Positions 12,980-28,824 of a stretch of DNA of 64,000 nucleotides are shown piece after piece. This DNA comes from the human T2T-CHM13v2.0 reference genome, Homo sapiens. The DNA is taken from NCBI RefSeq assembly GCF_009914755.1, contig NC_060935.1. One strand, 5' to 3'. The position numbers were made by a program, and so were the translations under genes. Each line of letters begins with the position of its first letter. Positions within the stretch are counted from its first letter, which is position 1. The notes beneath the pieces are model-generated. The model saw only the letters and a list, made by a program, of their open reading frames with translations. It made no database searches and had not been told where the DNA came from.

Positions 12980-13929
12980 TCAACAGTTTTGCCTTCAACT
13001 CTTTGTTTATTTAAACATGTATCCAAACTATACAATTTAGAGCATAATGTTAATAAGAAGTATAAATAAAATGCTTGAAATTTACTTCCAAAGGAGGAGA
13101 GAGTCAAAAAGACTTTGGGCAGGAAGGAAGATTTTTACTATAGTTTGAAGCACGGGTAGGTCTTTGACAGTGAGCAAATTTGCAGAGGCAGGAAAATATC
13201 ACAGCAGTATGGCTAAAAAACAGTACACAAAATGGTGGGATATGTGCTTACAGCAATCATTGAAGACTAGAGAATGAGGGGCCCTGGATTCCCAAGCTAA
13301 GAAATTTAATTTGAACAAGGGAGCTAGTTCAGGTTTTCAAATGTTTGTATTCAATCGAGTGATAAGGCCATGGTGTTAATTCTAAGGATGGTGTTTTTAT
13401 TTCTTGATATATATTTTTGAAACTACTTAAAAACATGTTCTCATTGGAGGCAAAATAGAAAATTTATGTGTGGTTTGCTAGGATTCCTCAAAGCAACATT
13501 CTGGTCTACTTTTCTTATTGAAGCCTCCTTCAAATCATAAATTGATTTGTTCATATGTTATTTGTTTCTCTCTTCTACTTGTGTTGTTCTCCTTTGTCAG
13601 GGATAACTCTTCTGTCCTCAGTGAGTTCCAGAAGCAGATACTATCTGTTTCTGGTCTCAGTCTGGACCTGGGGCTCTTCAAAAAGCTGCCTCCACCAGAA
13701 CAAATATAAATGTTATTTCACTAACCTGACTTCTGTCCTCTAGACTTTTGTATTGGAGTCTCTCCTCCTAAGAAGCTACACCTTTTAGTACATAGAGTGC
13801 TCAGTATTCAGAGCCTGCAGATTCAATTATAGATAATAATGAAGAAAGTAATACAATGAGTGACATAAACCAGGTGTGAGTAATAGGAATTAGTGGGACA
13901 TGCATGAACATCAGTTTTCAAGTTCTAGA

Positions 13930-14220
13930 CCAGTACTTCTTAGCTCTGTCTCCAGAATAGTGTCAACCGAAGAGTACTTACAAAATACTGATGCCCACAA
14001 CCCATTGCAGAAAAATTACCTCAGCACCTCAGTAGGTAAGGTCTAGACATTAGTTGTGTTAATTTTTTGATTCCTCCAGATGATTCAAATATGTAGGTCA
14101 TTTTTCACTAATAATAGATTTCCCATTCATAAGAACCCTCTGGGGAGCTTTTAGAAAGTCAGATTCTGAGCAATTCATCTGGAAATTTTTAATAAATAAA
14201 ACTAGAGAGACTGTTTTTTG
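13930..14220. mobile_element. MER5-type (hAT-Charlie) remnants
   Basis: Degenerate MER5A-like motifs (aaaatactgatgccc, ccagatgattc, cagattctga). Confidence 0.5.
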
Positions 14221-15519
14221 CCTTGTATAAATTTAGCCATAATATTCTGATTTGCATTAAATATTGTGAAATGTATTGCTTCCATTTTAATGTAGCAGTA
14301 TCAAAATACTGACTACCAGTCTAGAGACTTAAGCTGCAATTTGGGTTGCTTTATTGAGTGTCCAAACTGAATAAGAAGGCAGAACTTAAATTCATTTTTT
14401 TAAATCACAAAATAAAATTCTTTATCACATTTCTACCTTTATGTTTTGTCTATTTTGGGGTGTGTTTTAGAATCTTAACCTATGCCTTTATATGACTTTC
14501 CTTTAATCAGATATTGAATGAATGCTATTTAGTTTTAAACAAGGACAAAAAGTAGGATATAATGTAGTTTTACTTTGTTTTTAATGTCCTTAATAAAATT
14601 GATAGTAACTTTATTCCTATTTCTTGTTTTAACTTGATTTTCAGTTGTAATGAATTCAGAAATCCAAAAACCACTGAATCAGCAAATTTTAAAAATAATT
14701 AAAGAGAGAGTAAATAGGAACCTGAATCTAGGCAATCACAGAAACAATTGGGAACAAACAATGAAAAGTCTGTTTCAAAGAGAGAGCCCCAGGATTCTGT
14801 GATCAAATGAAGATGTAGGTATAAAGATGAAGTGTAACATGAGCCCCAAATGTATGTTTTATTGGCTTAAATAATTACATCATCATTATCAAGAAAGAAA
14901 ACTAGAGTAGGAGATATTTTTGGTTAACTTTTTTCTATTTACTTCTGAACAGAAGAGATTGGTACTCTGTTAATAATTAGAATGGGTGAAAGGCACAATG
15001 AAGCTAATTATTTTTGAAATATATAATTTTAAAAAAGCTTTATTGAGATATAACTTACATACCATAAAAATTCACCCATATAAGTGTATGTTTCAATCAT
15101 TCATCCCATTTGCTGAGTCCAGGACTGTAATCCAGTTTCAGAACATTTTCATCTCCCTAATATGATCCCACATGCCTTTTTTTTTTTTTAATACAATGAG
15201 TCCTCATCCCCACACTAAGCCTCAGGCAACCAAAAACATGGTTTCTTTTTGTATTTGTTTGTACCTTTTTATTGCTGAAAACCATTTTATTGTGTGGTGT
15301 ACCACATTTCTTTATCCATTCACCAGTTGCTGTCTTTTGGATTATTTTTAATTTGTAGCTATTATGAAAAAATGATGCTATGAACGTTTGCATAAACCAC
15401 TTTGTATGGCAATGTTTTAATCTCTGTTGAGTAGACACCAAGATGTAGAATTGCTGGGTTTGATGATAAGTTTATGCTTATATTGAAAAATTGGTACATT
15501 CTTTCCCCCTTTGAACAAA

Positions 15520-15922
15520 CATGAGTGGTGCTTCTCTATTCTCCCATCTTCACCATTAAAACCTCATGGTTCTCAGAAAGGTAAAATTCTCAGTAATGAG
15601 GGCTCACCTTACCTTAAACTAAGCCTCTTGGAGTTTTTGTATTTCATGCTAGTCCATATTCGGCCTCCAGAAATTTATTAAAGATATTACATAAATATTC
15701 CCATCAACTACTGGCTCCAGCAGCTTTCACTTAGGTAGCTTGTCTGTGTTCTCTGTATTCACGGTCTCACCAGTTTTTGGGGTGGTAGTTTTTCTGTAAC
15801 ATTAATTCTTTGATACATCTAAGAAAAATTATTGATTATCAGTCTGTTCAGCTTTTTGCTTGTTGTGAAGGTGGAAGTGGAGACTTCCAAGACCTTTATG
15901 TGTCAGAGCAGAACCTGAAGTC
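15520..15922 (-). mobile_element. L1MC/L1MD-type 5' end fragment
   Basis: Reverse complement resembles the recalled GACTTC...GACA(T)AAAG...CTTGGAAGTC...AAAAAGCTGAACA 5' terminus. Confidence 0.55.
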
Positions 15923-16552
15923 CTAATTTGTGTCTTCTGAAACACACAAGCTTTTATTTTCAATAAAGTTCAACTCATCATTTTATTCTTCATGCTTTTG
16001 ATATATCTAAAGAATTATTCACCTGTTTAAGCACACTGATTTTTTTTCTTATGGTTTCTCATATAACGTGTGTGCTTTTATTTCTTACATTTAGATCAAT
16101 ATTCTTCAATTTTTTGTGTGTGTCTGTGGATGGTGTTAGGTAAGGTTTTGCATTTATTATTTGCATGTTGTTATTCAGTTGTCCTAGTCTTTATAACACA
16201 TTTTTAAAGAATATCTTTTTTTAATTGAACTTCTTTAGTATCTTTGTCAAAAAATAACTGACACAAACATGAGTTCATTTCTCATCTTTCAATTTTTTAA
16301 TTGATTTATCCTTATGCTAATACCGTATTTTCTTGTTTTGATTTTTATTTTTAATTTTAGTGGTTACCATAGTAGGTGTATATATTTATGGGATGAGATA
16401 AAAACATGAGATGTTTTTATACAGGTATCCTTGGTTACTGTAGCTTTACAATCAGTTTTGAAGTCTACAATTTAAAGTACTGTGACTTTGTTGTTCCTTT
16501 TCAAGATTGTATTGGCTATTCTGAGTCCCTTACATTTCTTTGCAAATAATAA

Positions 16553-16938
<386 letters not shown>

Positions 16939-18448
16939 TACTTTAATCTTTTAAAATTTCTTTCAGCAATGTTTGATAGTTTTTCAGGGTACAAGTCTTG
17001 CATTTCTTTTGTCTTTATTTTTCTTAAGTACTTTTCTCTTTTTCATAGTATTGCAAATGTAGTATTTTAATTGCATTTCCAGATTGTTAATTGCTATATA
17101 TATAAATGCAAGTAATTTTTGTATATTGATCTATCAGATTGAGGAGTTTTAACTGACTGTGAGCTCTGAGTAAAACTGTGATGAGATTTGCACACCACCT
17201 ATAGGTAGTTGCAGTGTTGATTTTAAGCAGTTACGATGCTACATCCAGAATAAAGGAGACACATCTCTTATCTAATTTCGCTTATCAGTCTAGACCGATA
17301 AATTCTGCCTCATTTTAGAAATAACACTCTGAGGTTCAACAATGACGAATGGAAAGTGTTTTCTAATGCTTGAGATAGAAGGCTGAAGAAAAAAGTTAGA
17401 ATTGAAGGTTTGTGTTAATTTATGTTTCAACCAGTTTCCAGCTGTGTAATCATGAATATTTAACCCTTTTAAGACTGTTTTTTCTCCTCTGAAAAAGAGA
17501 GATAAATATCTGTTGCTTAATATAACTCATCCAAAGGATCCAGTGAGATAGCCCAGCTTAACAGTTAGCATATGACTAGCACAGCAAGCTCTCAATAATT
17601 ACTACTTTCCATTCCCTTATGAAAGCTATGCCTCTCACAAAAAACCTCAATAAGTATTTTGAATTATATACTTTAATTAATTTATCAAATGAAAAAACTT
17701 AAAATATGAGCAAAGCAACCTTAAATACTGTAATTGTATTTGTAATGTATTTATAGTGAGTAGCCTTATTCAGTGCTACTTTACACAGCAGAACCAGATG
17801 CAGCTAGTAGAAACAGCTATAGGAAGAATAATATTTTAGTCAAATATAAAAATGAACTCTTAATGAAAAGTATCTGAAACTAGAATTAGCAGTTGGCGGA
17901 AGTACTATAATATATAATAGAATAATGAAAAACAGCCATTCTGGAATATAGTCAGGAATTGAGGCATTTGTGTGGAGGACAGACTGATCATGTTAGCATC
18001 TCTTTCAATTTCAGGATTCTATAATTATCAGCAGCCTCACCACCCTGACAGCTGATAGGACCCCATGCAGTCTCTCAGTAAATAGATAAGAAAGATTATG
18101 CATTTTGATTCCTGTTGGTCATACCTGAGACTGAGTAACAGAAGAGAAAGCATGGGAATTACATAAAACCTAGATGTGTATATTGACTTTGCTGTTTCCT
18201 AACATTGTCGCTCTGGGAAGGGACTTTGTATTCAGATCCCTTTATCAATATAAGGTAGATGAAGATTTTTCAAATTTTAGCATACTAAGAATCACCAAGT
18301 CAACTGGTAAAACTGCTTATGCTCAAGATCCATTCCCATGTATTATTAATCCGTTGGTCAGGTAAAGAGCCCAGGAATGTGTATTATTGTAATAATCCCA
18401 CGTAGATTTTCTTCTGTCAATATTTCATGTTAAACACTTTGAGAAATT

Positions 18449-18808
<360 letters not shown>

Positions 18809-21778
18809 TTAAGAAGCAGCTCTGAAGTTTTAATACTCAAAGTCTCAAAATATTCTGTGGCCTAAGAATCAAACTTGGAATTATAAAACATGCTTATTTT
18901 TAGATATCTTTGTTGCTTTGTTCCACTTCCTGCCTATGGTATGCCCTATGTAAACCAGGCAGGGTCACTTAGAAAATGGCCCTCAGATTCCTTGTTCCTT
19001 TTTAAAGAAGACTTAAGAAACTTGAAATGGATCACTAAATTCTTAGCAGCATATTCGACTATCAGTTTGGGGTATGTACAAGTTACTCTAAAAGCTGCGT
19101 TGTTTAAATGATAATATTGGAGTCACATTGAGAAAGCAAAGGATGTGTCTACTCCATCCCATTTTCCTGCAGCTTGCAAATGTGCCTCATATTGTTTAAT
19201 AGCATATCAAGAATTAAAGACATTGAACATTGTATTTTAATTTTCATTTAGGAATTAAGAGTTAATATTCAATGTAAATGTGTTTTGCAATGTTTCTGAC
19301 TCCTATAAGTAGCAAACATTTAATTTTTCTTACTGTGCTGAGGAAATGAAAAACAAGGATGGCTTATGTTTAGCACCGGGAGCACTAGCTCAATTTCCTG
19401 CCATTACATCTGCTTGCAAGTCCCTTACCAAAGGGAGTCTATTCAACAGAAAAATATTGCCTAGGGAAATGAGAAGAGAAAATGTGCAGAAAATAAATTC
19501 TAGAGCTGCAAGTAGAAAATTATGCCAGCTTTTTCATGTTAAGACAATTTTGGCTGAGATATAAGAAATCTAGTTTGCTATTATATCCAACATGCATTTT
19601 GTGGCATTTGATGGTTTGGATGAGTTGTTGGTAGATCCAATGCTTGGTTAACATAATTTTCTAGGCAAGTCATACCCTGCTGTAATTGGACTGAGAGACC
19701 ACACAGCACTGTCATTCTGGGCTACATTCCATCAGAACATCTGAAGAGGTTGGCTTCATTAGAAGCATTTTTTATTGTCCTACTGTGGTATTTTTTTCAA
19801 GAAGAAGCAGGAATCCCTCCAAATAGTGTAGGAATGATAGGTAGATTCCAATGGTCTTTGGAAAAATGTTATATTTTATTCATATAAATCTCCATGTTTA
19901 CTTTTCTATGACAACTTAACCATCCAAACATGTTAACCTAATTTGATTTATTTCCATAAATAGTATGGAAAGCTTAAGAAAAATGGTTAATCTATTAATA
20001 TGGTAAATGAAAATAACCCAGTAACCGTGTTAATATATATTATAAAAATCATTGGCCAAACAATAACGTGCAAACACAAAGCATAATCTGATAAATAATT
20101 ATTTTACTCCTCCCATTTACCTATGAGACACATAAGGACTTCCTTCTCTGGGTTTCCATTGTCCTTGCTGGATGAATGTATTTTGTCTGTCATCACAGTA
20201 CACCTTGTATTTTGATTATTTGTATAAGGTTCTCATTTTGAATTAGATAATAAGTAATTTGAGGGCAAAGGCTATAAAAATATTTGTATTGTAAATTAAG
20301 GTTCAGAGAGGGAAGGTGACTTGCCCAGAGGCACCTGCTTGGGGGACATTGATGTCAGAACTTTCCTCCCTTCCCCTCGACCACTCCTGCCGTTGGCTCC
20401 ATCAACTGAATTTGGAGTCATTGTCTTGATTTAATGTTACATTCTCAATCTTTTGACTTCTTGCTTTTCAGTTTCTTAACTTATAAATATTAAACCAGCA
20501 CTAAAACATTGTTCTGTAATAAATGTGAAAAATCAATTTCCTACATAAATTGGCATCATAGAAAAATTCAGTCAAAAACTATTGGTGTTTCTAAGTAGCA
20601 TGGTACTCGATTTACTTTTTTTCTCTTTTGTAATATTATAAAAATGTTGCTTGTTTTTAGCCTATAGCTTGTCCCATCTCTTATTTAAATATGCAGAATG
20701 AACTGGATTTTTGTATTTGTCATAAATAGTTTTTGTTGGTAGAATTTCAGATTTACCAGTTGTGTATTTGCATTAATTATTCTGAGTTATTTTAATCTTT
20801 TAGAGTAAGATCATAAGAGACATGACTAATCTCTTTAGTGAAGTATAAAGAAGCGTTTAATAACAATAACAAAGTCATAGCAATTGGCAAGATCAGCGAT
20901 ACAAAGTAAATGAAAATTTGACAATGAATTTCTGAAAAGTTATTCCATCTGCTTTAATTCTTAAAGTTTTATTCTCTATTTCTGAGAGCAGGAATAGAGT
21001 ATAATTAAAAATAAACAAAAAGCAAAAGAGGACATTATCTTTTTGTAATCATTTCAGTGATTATAAATTCAGTCATCATGCCCTTTTGAAAAAATCATTC
21101 TAAATATACTACTTTATTTCCATAAATAATTTCCAAATGGGATATCTGCACTGAAGTCAAACACATGCATGTATCATAATGAAAACCTTCTGAAGCATTT
21201 GAATGCCTTAGTTAGATTAGAAGGGCTGATTGATCTGATGTTTCTGCCTTGAGGGGGAAAAAAGAATAAAAGGCATCCTTCAAGGTAAAAGTTACTCAAG
21301 GCAGGATGAATGCTTGATTACTGAGACTATTTTCTTTCCCTGTTAAATCATAAACACAAAAGGAGGAGAGGAAAAGAAACAAAGAACTGAGGGGAAAAAC
21401 TCCAGCAATAAATTCTTTGGCAATGTCTAGATTTTGTAATGATCAGAATTAATATGTTGACCACAGAAGTGTAAACTTAAAGTGAGTATCAGTGATTCTA
21501 TTATGATAGGAATCAAACTTATTGGCAATATAGAGAAATTTTGACTGAAGGAAGGGAAAAATGAAAAAGGGAGATGAAAGATAGAACCAAATTGAGCACC
21601 TAATATGTGCAAGATATTCCATTAGGAACCTTTATATGTTTTTTAAAAATGTAATCAACTCTTCCAGCATCTGATTGATGTGGGTATTATTTTGTCTAGC
21701 TTACAGATAAAGAATCAGAGCCTCAGTAAGTTGAGGTAACCTTCCAAGTTCATACAATGAATGAAGGTAAAAAGAATT

Positions 21779-22141
21779 TGTCTTCATTCATTAGAGTTGC
21801 TATAACAAAACACCATAGACTGGGTGGTTTATAAATAATAGAAAATTTATTTTTCACAGTTCTAGAGGCTAGGGAATCCTCATTCAAGGCACTGACAGAT
21901 TTGGTGTTCAGTGAGGCCCACTTGCTTAGTGAAAGCCATCTTCTCACTGTAATTTCACATGGCAGAAGAGGTAAGATGATGTCTCTGAAGCCTCTTTTAT
22001 AAGGGCACTAGTACCATTCATGAGGCTCTACCCTCATGACCTAATCACCTCCCAAGGGCTCCAACGCCTTATCCCATTACCTTGTGAGTTAGGATTTCAA
22101 CATATAAATTTTGCGGGGACATAAATATTCAGATAGCAGCA
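21779..22141 (-). mobile_element. MLT1A0/MSTD-like MaLR solo LTR
   Basis: tgtctt...gttgctataacaaaacaccatagactgggtgg...ctcatgacctaatcacctccc...ggggacataaatattcaga. Confidence 0.85.
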
Positions 22142-23689
22142 AAATTCTAACCTAAGATGGACTATCTCTTTATTCACATTGCTGTGATTACCTTTATTAT
22201 CTCATTTCACTGTGATATAAACATTTTGAAGGTAAATATCATTATCATCATTTAACAAATGAGATAAAATGAGGTTAAATTGGTATTTCCCACTTTGCCA
22301 TAGGCAAATACTGTTCTGTGATTAAGTTTTCAACAGTATAAATAAAAAGAAAAGTGATATAGAATAAAAAGCCATATAACAACATATTAGTGGATTTTCC
22401 ATTAATCTTTTATCTTCTGTCTTATCCTCATCCTCCTCTTTTTCCCATTCCTCTTCTTGTTTCTTCCTCTTCTTTTTTCTATTTCTCCCTCCGTCTCAGG
22501 ATAATTTATGTTGTCATTGAATCCTTTGTCTATTTTTCAAATTAAAATTTTTATCTGAAATATTGCTGAAATATAGTAATCTATTTTTTGTTGATTTATA
22601 TTCTCCAATGTCAAAATTTAACATTGGCAATTTCATTGTTAGTGGTGTCTAATTTTATTTTCCAATAAGATATCAAAGTCCAGGAGCTTCAATGTTCATG
22701 AACTTACCCACATTATCACAAATAGTAGGCAATAGAGTTGGGACTCAAATTCATTTGTACATGACTCCAAAGCTTATTCTTCCTGCCTTACTGTGGGACT
22801 CCCAGTAATGACTAGAGACATCACAGGATTAGAGTCTTCTGCACTACGCTGTGATTGTGTGTTCTTTTGCACACACAGAGATTATGTAATTACCAAGGTT
22901 TGTCTCAGCTACATACTTTTGTTGTTACCGTGATTGCTTTTGTGGTCATATGATAATATTGTGTCAGTTGGCAGTTTATTGCCAGAAATCACAGAAACAA
23001 ACAGGTTATTCTAGAGGTGTTGGTGAATATGTGTATCTGAGAGGCAGTGTTTAATCATTTTAATAGATGTATTTGTGGCTTATCCCACTTTATAATTTAC
23101 AGACCCAGCTGTGTTTCTCCCTAGGTCTCCTGTATAATTGAATGGGTGAACCGCATAGTGAAGCAGTTGAATTTGTGCATGCTTTCCTGATTAATTTGCA
23201 TATTTTATTACTTGAATTTGCAGATCTTGGGTACTTTACTAATTAGGTTGAGTTTTACTTAATTGAGATGATGAAGGTATTTGGAAGACTTGTACTACTC
23301 TTTGTATTGTTTTAAATAATTCTCCAGACTAATATTTGATATTTTTTCTTTTTTTAGACATAAAATGATTCTTTTGAATAATTAATCCATCATTCACTAC
23401 AATTTATTACATCTCTATCCATTCTTTCCCAAGTAAAATTATATTCTTTAATTATACATGCATAAAGAGAAATGATATCTGAACTTTTGCTTTAGTTCAA
23501 GAAAAAGAATTTGAGTTTGAAATTGATATGGAATGAAGACCTTAAGTTTTTAGGCACTTTTCAAATTTAAATGTTATATTTTTATGAACCTGTGTATTGC
23601 CCGACATGCCAGCTGTACACAGATAAGCAGTTATTATACAGATGGAAATATATCATTGGAAAGTGACATATCAGTCATACCCCTCAAGA

Positions 23690-23830
23690 AAAGGGAAAAA
23701 GAAGAAAGGAAAAACAAAAAACGAAAAACAGAGGGAAGGGAGAAGAAGAAAAAGGAGGGAGACAGGAGAAAGGAAGGGAAAAAGGGAAGGGAAAGAAGGA
23801 GAGGAGGAGGAAGGGAGAGAGAGAGAGGTA
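23690..23830. repeat. GA-rich low-complexity tract
   Basis: Seen directly. Confidence 0.9.
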
Positions 23831-23933
23831 GAAATAATGGATATAGAAATGATAAAAAGACAGAAATAGATAGTTACAACAATGGCCAAACAGATAGGTA
23901 GGCTTTATTTGTTATTTTGAAACTAACCTCCAG

Positions 23934-24246
<313 letters not shown>

Positions 24247-24686
24247 GAAAGGAAAGGAAACCAGCAAAATGTCAAAGCACACCAATAAAGTTGTGTGTCT
24301 TTCCGTCTCCAACTTTATCATTGTGCTATGACATTTGACAATACCGAGTTTAATATATTTTATTTTTGTCAGTTTTATATACATTTCTTGCTTTGTATTA
24401 GTGTAATATTATCTATATAATTTCATATTATATGCTACCAGATTAAGCATTTTTATATAAATAAACATTCTAAAAACGTTGTCTTAATGACCACAAAATA
24501 TTTTATCATTATTTAGTTAATCCGCATATTTTTGTTTGACCAATATCTTGTTTTATTTCTGTTATACAAATCACCATAATGAATACTTCTTAGTGCCCAG
24601 TTTCTTTTCTTTTTTTGTTTGTTCATTTAGTTTTGTTTTAAATTTTGTATTTTTTTTCAGAGAAAAAAATACCCCAAATTAAAATA

Positions 24687-24992
24687 AAATTGGCCTTCTC
24701 TATCCCTGGGTTTTACATCTGTGGATTTAACCAACCATGGATCAAAAATATTTGGGAAAACATACAACAGAAAATAAAACAAATAAAATATAGTGTAACA
24801 ACTATTTACATCACATTCCTATTATATTAGGTGCCATAATTAATCTAGAGATGATTTAAAGTATATGGGAGAGCATGTGTAGATTATATATAAATATAAC
24901 ATCATTTTATTTAAGGGACTTGAGCATCCATGGATTTTGGTATCTGTGTGGGATGATGGAAGAAATCTCCAGCTGATATTGAGGGATGTCTG
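24687..24992 (-). mobile_element. MER2 (TcMar-Tigger) element
   Basis: Reverse complement matches recalled MER2 (aatctagagatgatttaaagtata, gggacttgagcatccatggattttggtatc). Confidence 0.85.
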
Positions 24993-27900
24993 TACGCTGA
25001 ATTGTGAAAATATTTAACGCCATTTATCCATCTTAATACAATATTTTCCAAAATATCTGTGTGAATATATCTTCACACCAGCATTGTAAAAGACAGAAAG
25101 GGAAAGAGAAGAGAGAGGAGTCTGCTTCAGCATGTTATAGCCAACAGTAAATGTATAGTTTTTGTTTATTGATATGTTTTATAAGAAAAATAGTTTATCA
25201 TTTTAATTCTTATTTATATTTTGTGTAATTTGATCATACCATTTTATTCAGTGTCATGTGGATGGCATTGCATTAATGCAAATGCATCTGAGTAAGTTAA
25301 TGTAGAACCACATTTCTTCCAAAACTGAATGGACCACATTAATCATTAAACAACCACCATTTGTTAAATACATAATTTCAGAGAGTAGTCCACAATGATA
25401 AAAATACATATGATTTATTGAACATGTAATGTGTATCAGGAGCTTTATTCCAGGTTCTTTGTCTTTATTTAACCCCACAAAAATTCCATGAATACAATTC
25501 CGTTTCCCTATTAAATAAATGGTAAACATGAAGAATAGGACAGTCAGACAAAGAACAGGTGAAAAAACCAGACTCAATATTAAACTTTCTGAATGCAGAT
25601 CCTGCACTTCTCACTGCCTAGGGACTCAATTTATCTTCAAATATCTTGTAAGATAAACATTATTACTTCAACTTTATACATTTTGAACATGAAGGAAATG
25701 TAGCCTGAATATATTCCCATGTCTCCTTGTTTACAAAGCACATATTCTTTCCACTAGGTTGTACATTTTCAATTCACATACCATATAGTTTATTTTATTG
25801 TTTCTTATCATTCCACCTGTACTGATTTCCTTGGTGAAAAAGAAACATATTATACAATTATTATTTTCTGATAATATCTATATTGGCATTCATATTTAAA
25901 ACACCATTAATATTATGCAGTCTACAGAATTATGTTGACATTTAAATAGATGGTGTATATTAAATTATGTATCTACTGCTTTATAATTGCTTGTTAAATA
26001 TAAATTTCCTGTGTGATTAATTTCATTATCTCTTTCTTTATGTGTTAATGATGACTCTTAAAAAACATGAGCAGCATGTAAACTTCTTTTTTTAACTATT
26101 CAAATTTTCAACAACTTCTCATGTAGACTTAAAAAAATAAAGCATTATTGTCAAGCATTAGAAGATATACTTAACTTGTGAAACTTGAAAACTAAATTAG
26201 CATACCTACTCTATTTCATAAAATCTCATGGAATTTCAAATTTGGTGTAGGTCTCAGAGGTGACCGAACCCATCCATTTCATGAAAATAGCCTAAGATTG
26301 TGGCTGTTTTGGCTTAATATCAACATTTCCAGTTCATTTGATTTTGGACTGTCTCTCAATTTAAGACATGTTCTTTCCATTGTCCTAATCTGCTCTCTCT
26401 CTTATCCTAGGCACGTCACTCAAGGAACAGAATATGCCTAGCCCTTCTCCCAGCATGATGGCCCTTGAAACATTTGATAGTATGTCTTAATTCTCCATTT
26501 GTTGACATTTGTGACTTCGCGAATTTCTAATGTTCATCTGAAAGATAAAAATCTCAAAATCTCTAGATATTGAGGTTTAATATGTTAGCATTTAAAACCA
26601 TAATCATAACCAACTACTCAGACCAATCTCTAAATCAGTGCTTTGTTTGGAGATAACATTGACAGGCATAGTAAAAAAGAGAAACATGTTCTGACTTCCT
26701 ACAAAACACAATTCACTTAGTGAATTCTTTCTTAAATATTTGAGACCAAAATATGCATCTTAAACTATGGGAAAGCTGCTTGAAAGAGCCAAATGTTCTT
26801 GTAGTCAATGATGATTTTGGTCATGCATTGTCTCTGGGTTGTTCTCTACCATGTACCTGGGTCCCACAAAGCACCTGGCACACAGTCATCACCTGGTACA
26901 TCTTTATTAAGGGCCAAGTGAATGAACCTTATTAACATTGCCTGCTGCTGTCATAATTGCCTATAACATTAATCCTTATGTTCATCATTATCATTGCTGC
27001 TACAATATATAATACAGAACACAGTGGGATGAGTGTCACTCAGATAAGTGCATTAAATATATGTCCTTATTTATTCCTTACAAATATTGATGAACAAACT
27101 TGTTCCTCATTTTAAAAATACGAAAATTGAGATTGAGGAAAATTGAGTAATCCAAGGCCACAAAGCTAGTAGATTTAAGAATTTAAACATTGACTAAACA
27201 TAGATTCCGTCACCCACGGGGTTTAACCTTATTCTTCTTTGTCATGAAATCTCTTATGTGAACAGCACTTTTTATCTGTTTCCAAGAGTCACAGTTCCAT
27301 TTCAGGTTTTGCCAGGAAGAATTAAAAGAATGAAATTTCAATAATTACTCCAGGTAGAGGAATGAGGCAAAGAATATATCAGTGTGACAAAACTTTTTGT
27401 GTTTGTGTATGTATTTAACAGTCATAGTCAAAAGATAATCTATGAGTCAGAGAAGGTGACAGCAAAGATTCATTATTTTCATGCTCACTCATACACCTTC
27501 ACTATGATTCATCAAAGTTAATCTGATGACTACGTTCTATGACACATCTTATTTGTTTAACAAAACAGTCTCCAACCTTCTAATTTCATCCATCTTCTCT
27601 GTCTGCCTCTGCACTTATCATGCTTAGCACACAAATAGTAAGAGGAACAACAATGAAAATTTGGCAGAATCTGCTTTTTTATACTAACCATAAAAACCTT
27701 CCAGATTTCCAAATGAGCATTTGTTGGAAGGAGAATTTCTAGGGAAGCTAGTTCAGAGTGTTATACAACATTTTGTCTTCTCGGGGGATTTTATTTCTTC
27801 TATTTTGTGACTGAAAAAAATCTCCCAACTCTTCCTATTAGTTATGCATTACCAAAAGGCTATTTGAAGATGAGGCAAATTTTCATTCACTGTGGCATTG

Positions 27901-28824
27901 TCCAGTGATGGTCTCAGTGGAAAGGGGAGGCATGAGAGTTGGTAGTATAAAATGATTGCATAGAGCTTTTCAACACAAGATTTATGATCTTTGGAGATTT
28001 ATAACTTGAACTGCTTATTAAATGATACGTGGGAGTTTACAAAATAATGTTTTGTGATCATTTGGGGGATAAACAAGCCTGAGCAAAGATTTAAATTTGT
28101 CCATTTGCTTATCAAGTTTGAAGAATAAGTAAAAACCTGTGGCAATGACATTCGCTAAGGGGCTCTAAGTGTAGCCATATAATGAATGATCTTAAGTGTT
28201 ATTTAGCTAAATTCATGCTTTATTCTATAGGCAATGGGAAATCACATATTTGTGTGGGGGAGATATTTTTTCTTGTTTTGTTTAGATTGATTTTTATGCA
28301 GTGAGTTAGCATGATAAAATCCATTTTAGGAAGACATTTCTGGAGGCTGATCTGTTTGGGTTGGAGAAAGGTGACGTTAGAGAGAGTTAAAAGTTTAATT
28401 CAACAATCCAGAGATGAAATAAAGGGGTAAATGCCATTATCTCTGAAAGAGAAAGGAAGACTATAACGTGCTGAATTGTTTTCATGAAAAATTGTTTACA
28501 GCTTACCCACAAAAGGTTGTCTGTTTCTATCATCTGCAAGTTTCATTTTCAAAGCTGACATAGCATAATCCTCAAAATCCTCTGAGTTGAGACATTGAAC
28601 CTACATATGGCAATTAAAACTACAAAAGGTATTGTCCTTGTTGTTGTCTGTGGTGAGTACATGTAAAGGGAAAACCCTGAAGGTTTATTATCCCTTGGGT
28701 TGAGATTCATTATCATTAAAGTAATAAAATTATATTTTTGGGATGGGAAGTTAATTATACTCTGATTACATGTAGTGTAGGTTTTAGGCACAGAGAGACT
28801 GAGCCATTTTAAAAAGGAACTTTA

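Noticed and set aside
22410-22510. Long pyrimidine tract ending in CAG as a hidden exon acceptor
   Set aside because: Low-complexity CT repeat with no convincing donor or sustained reading frame downstream.
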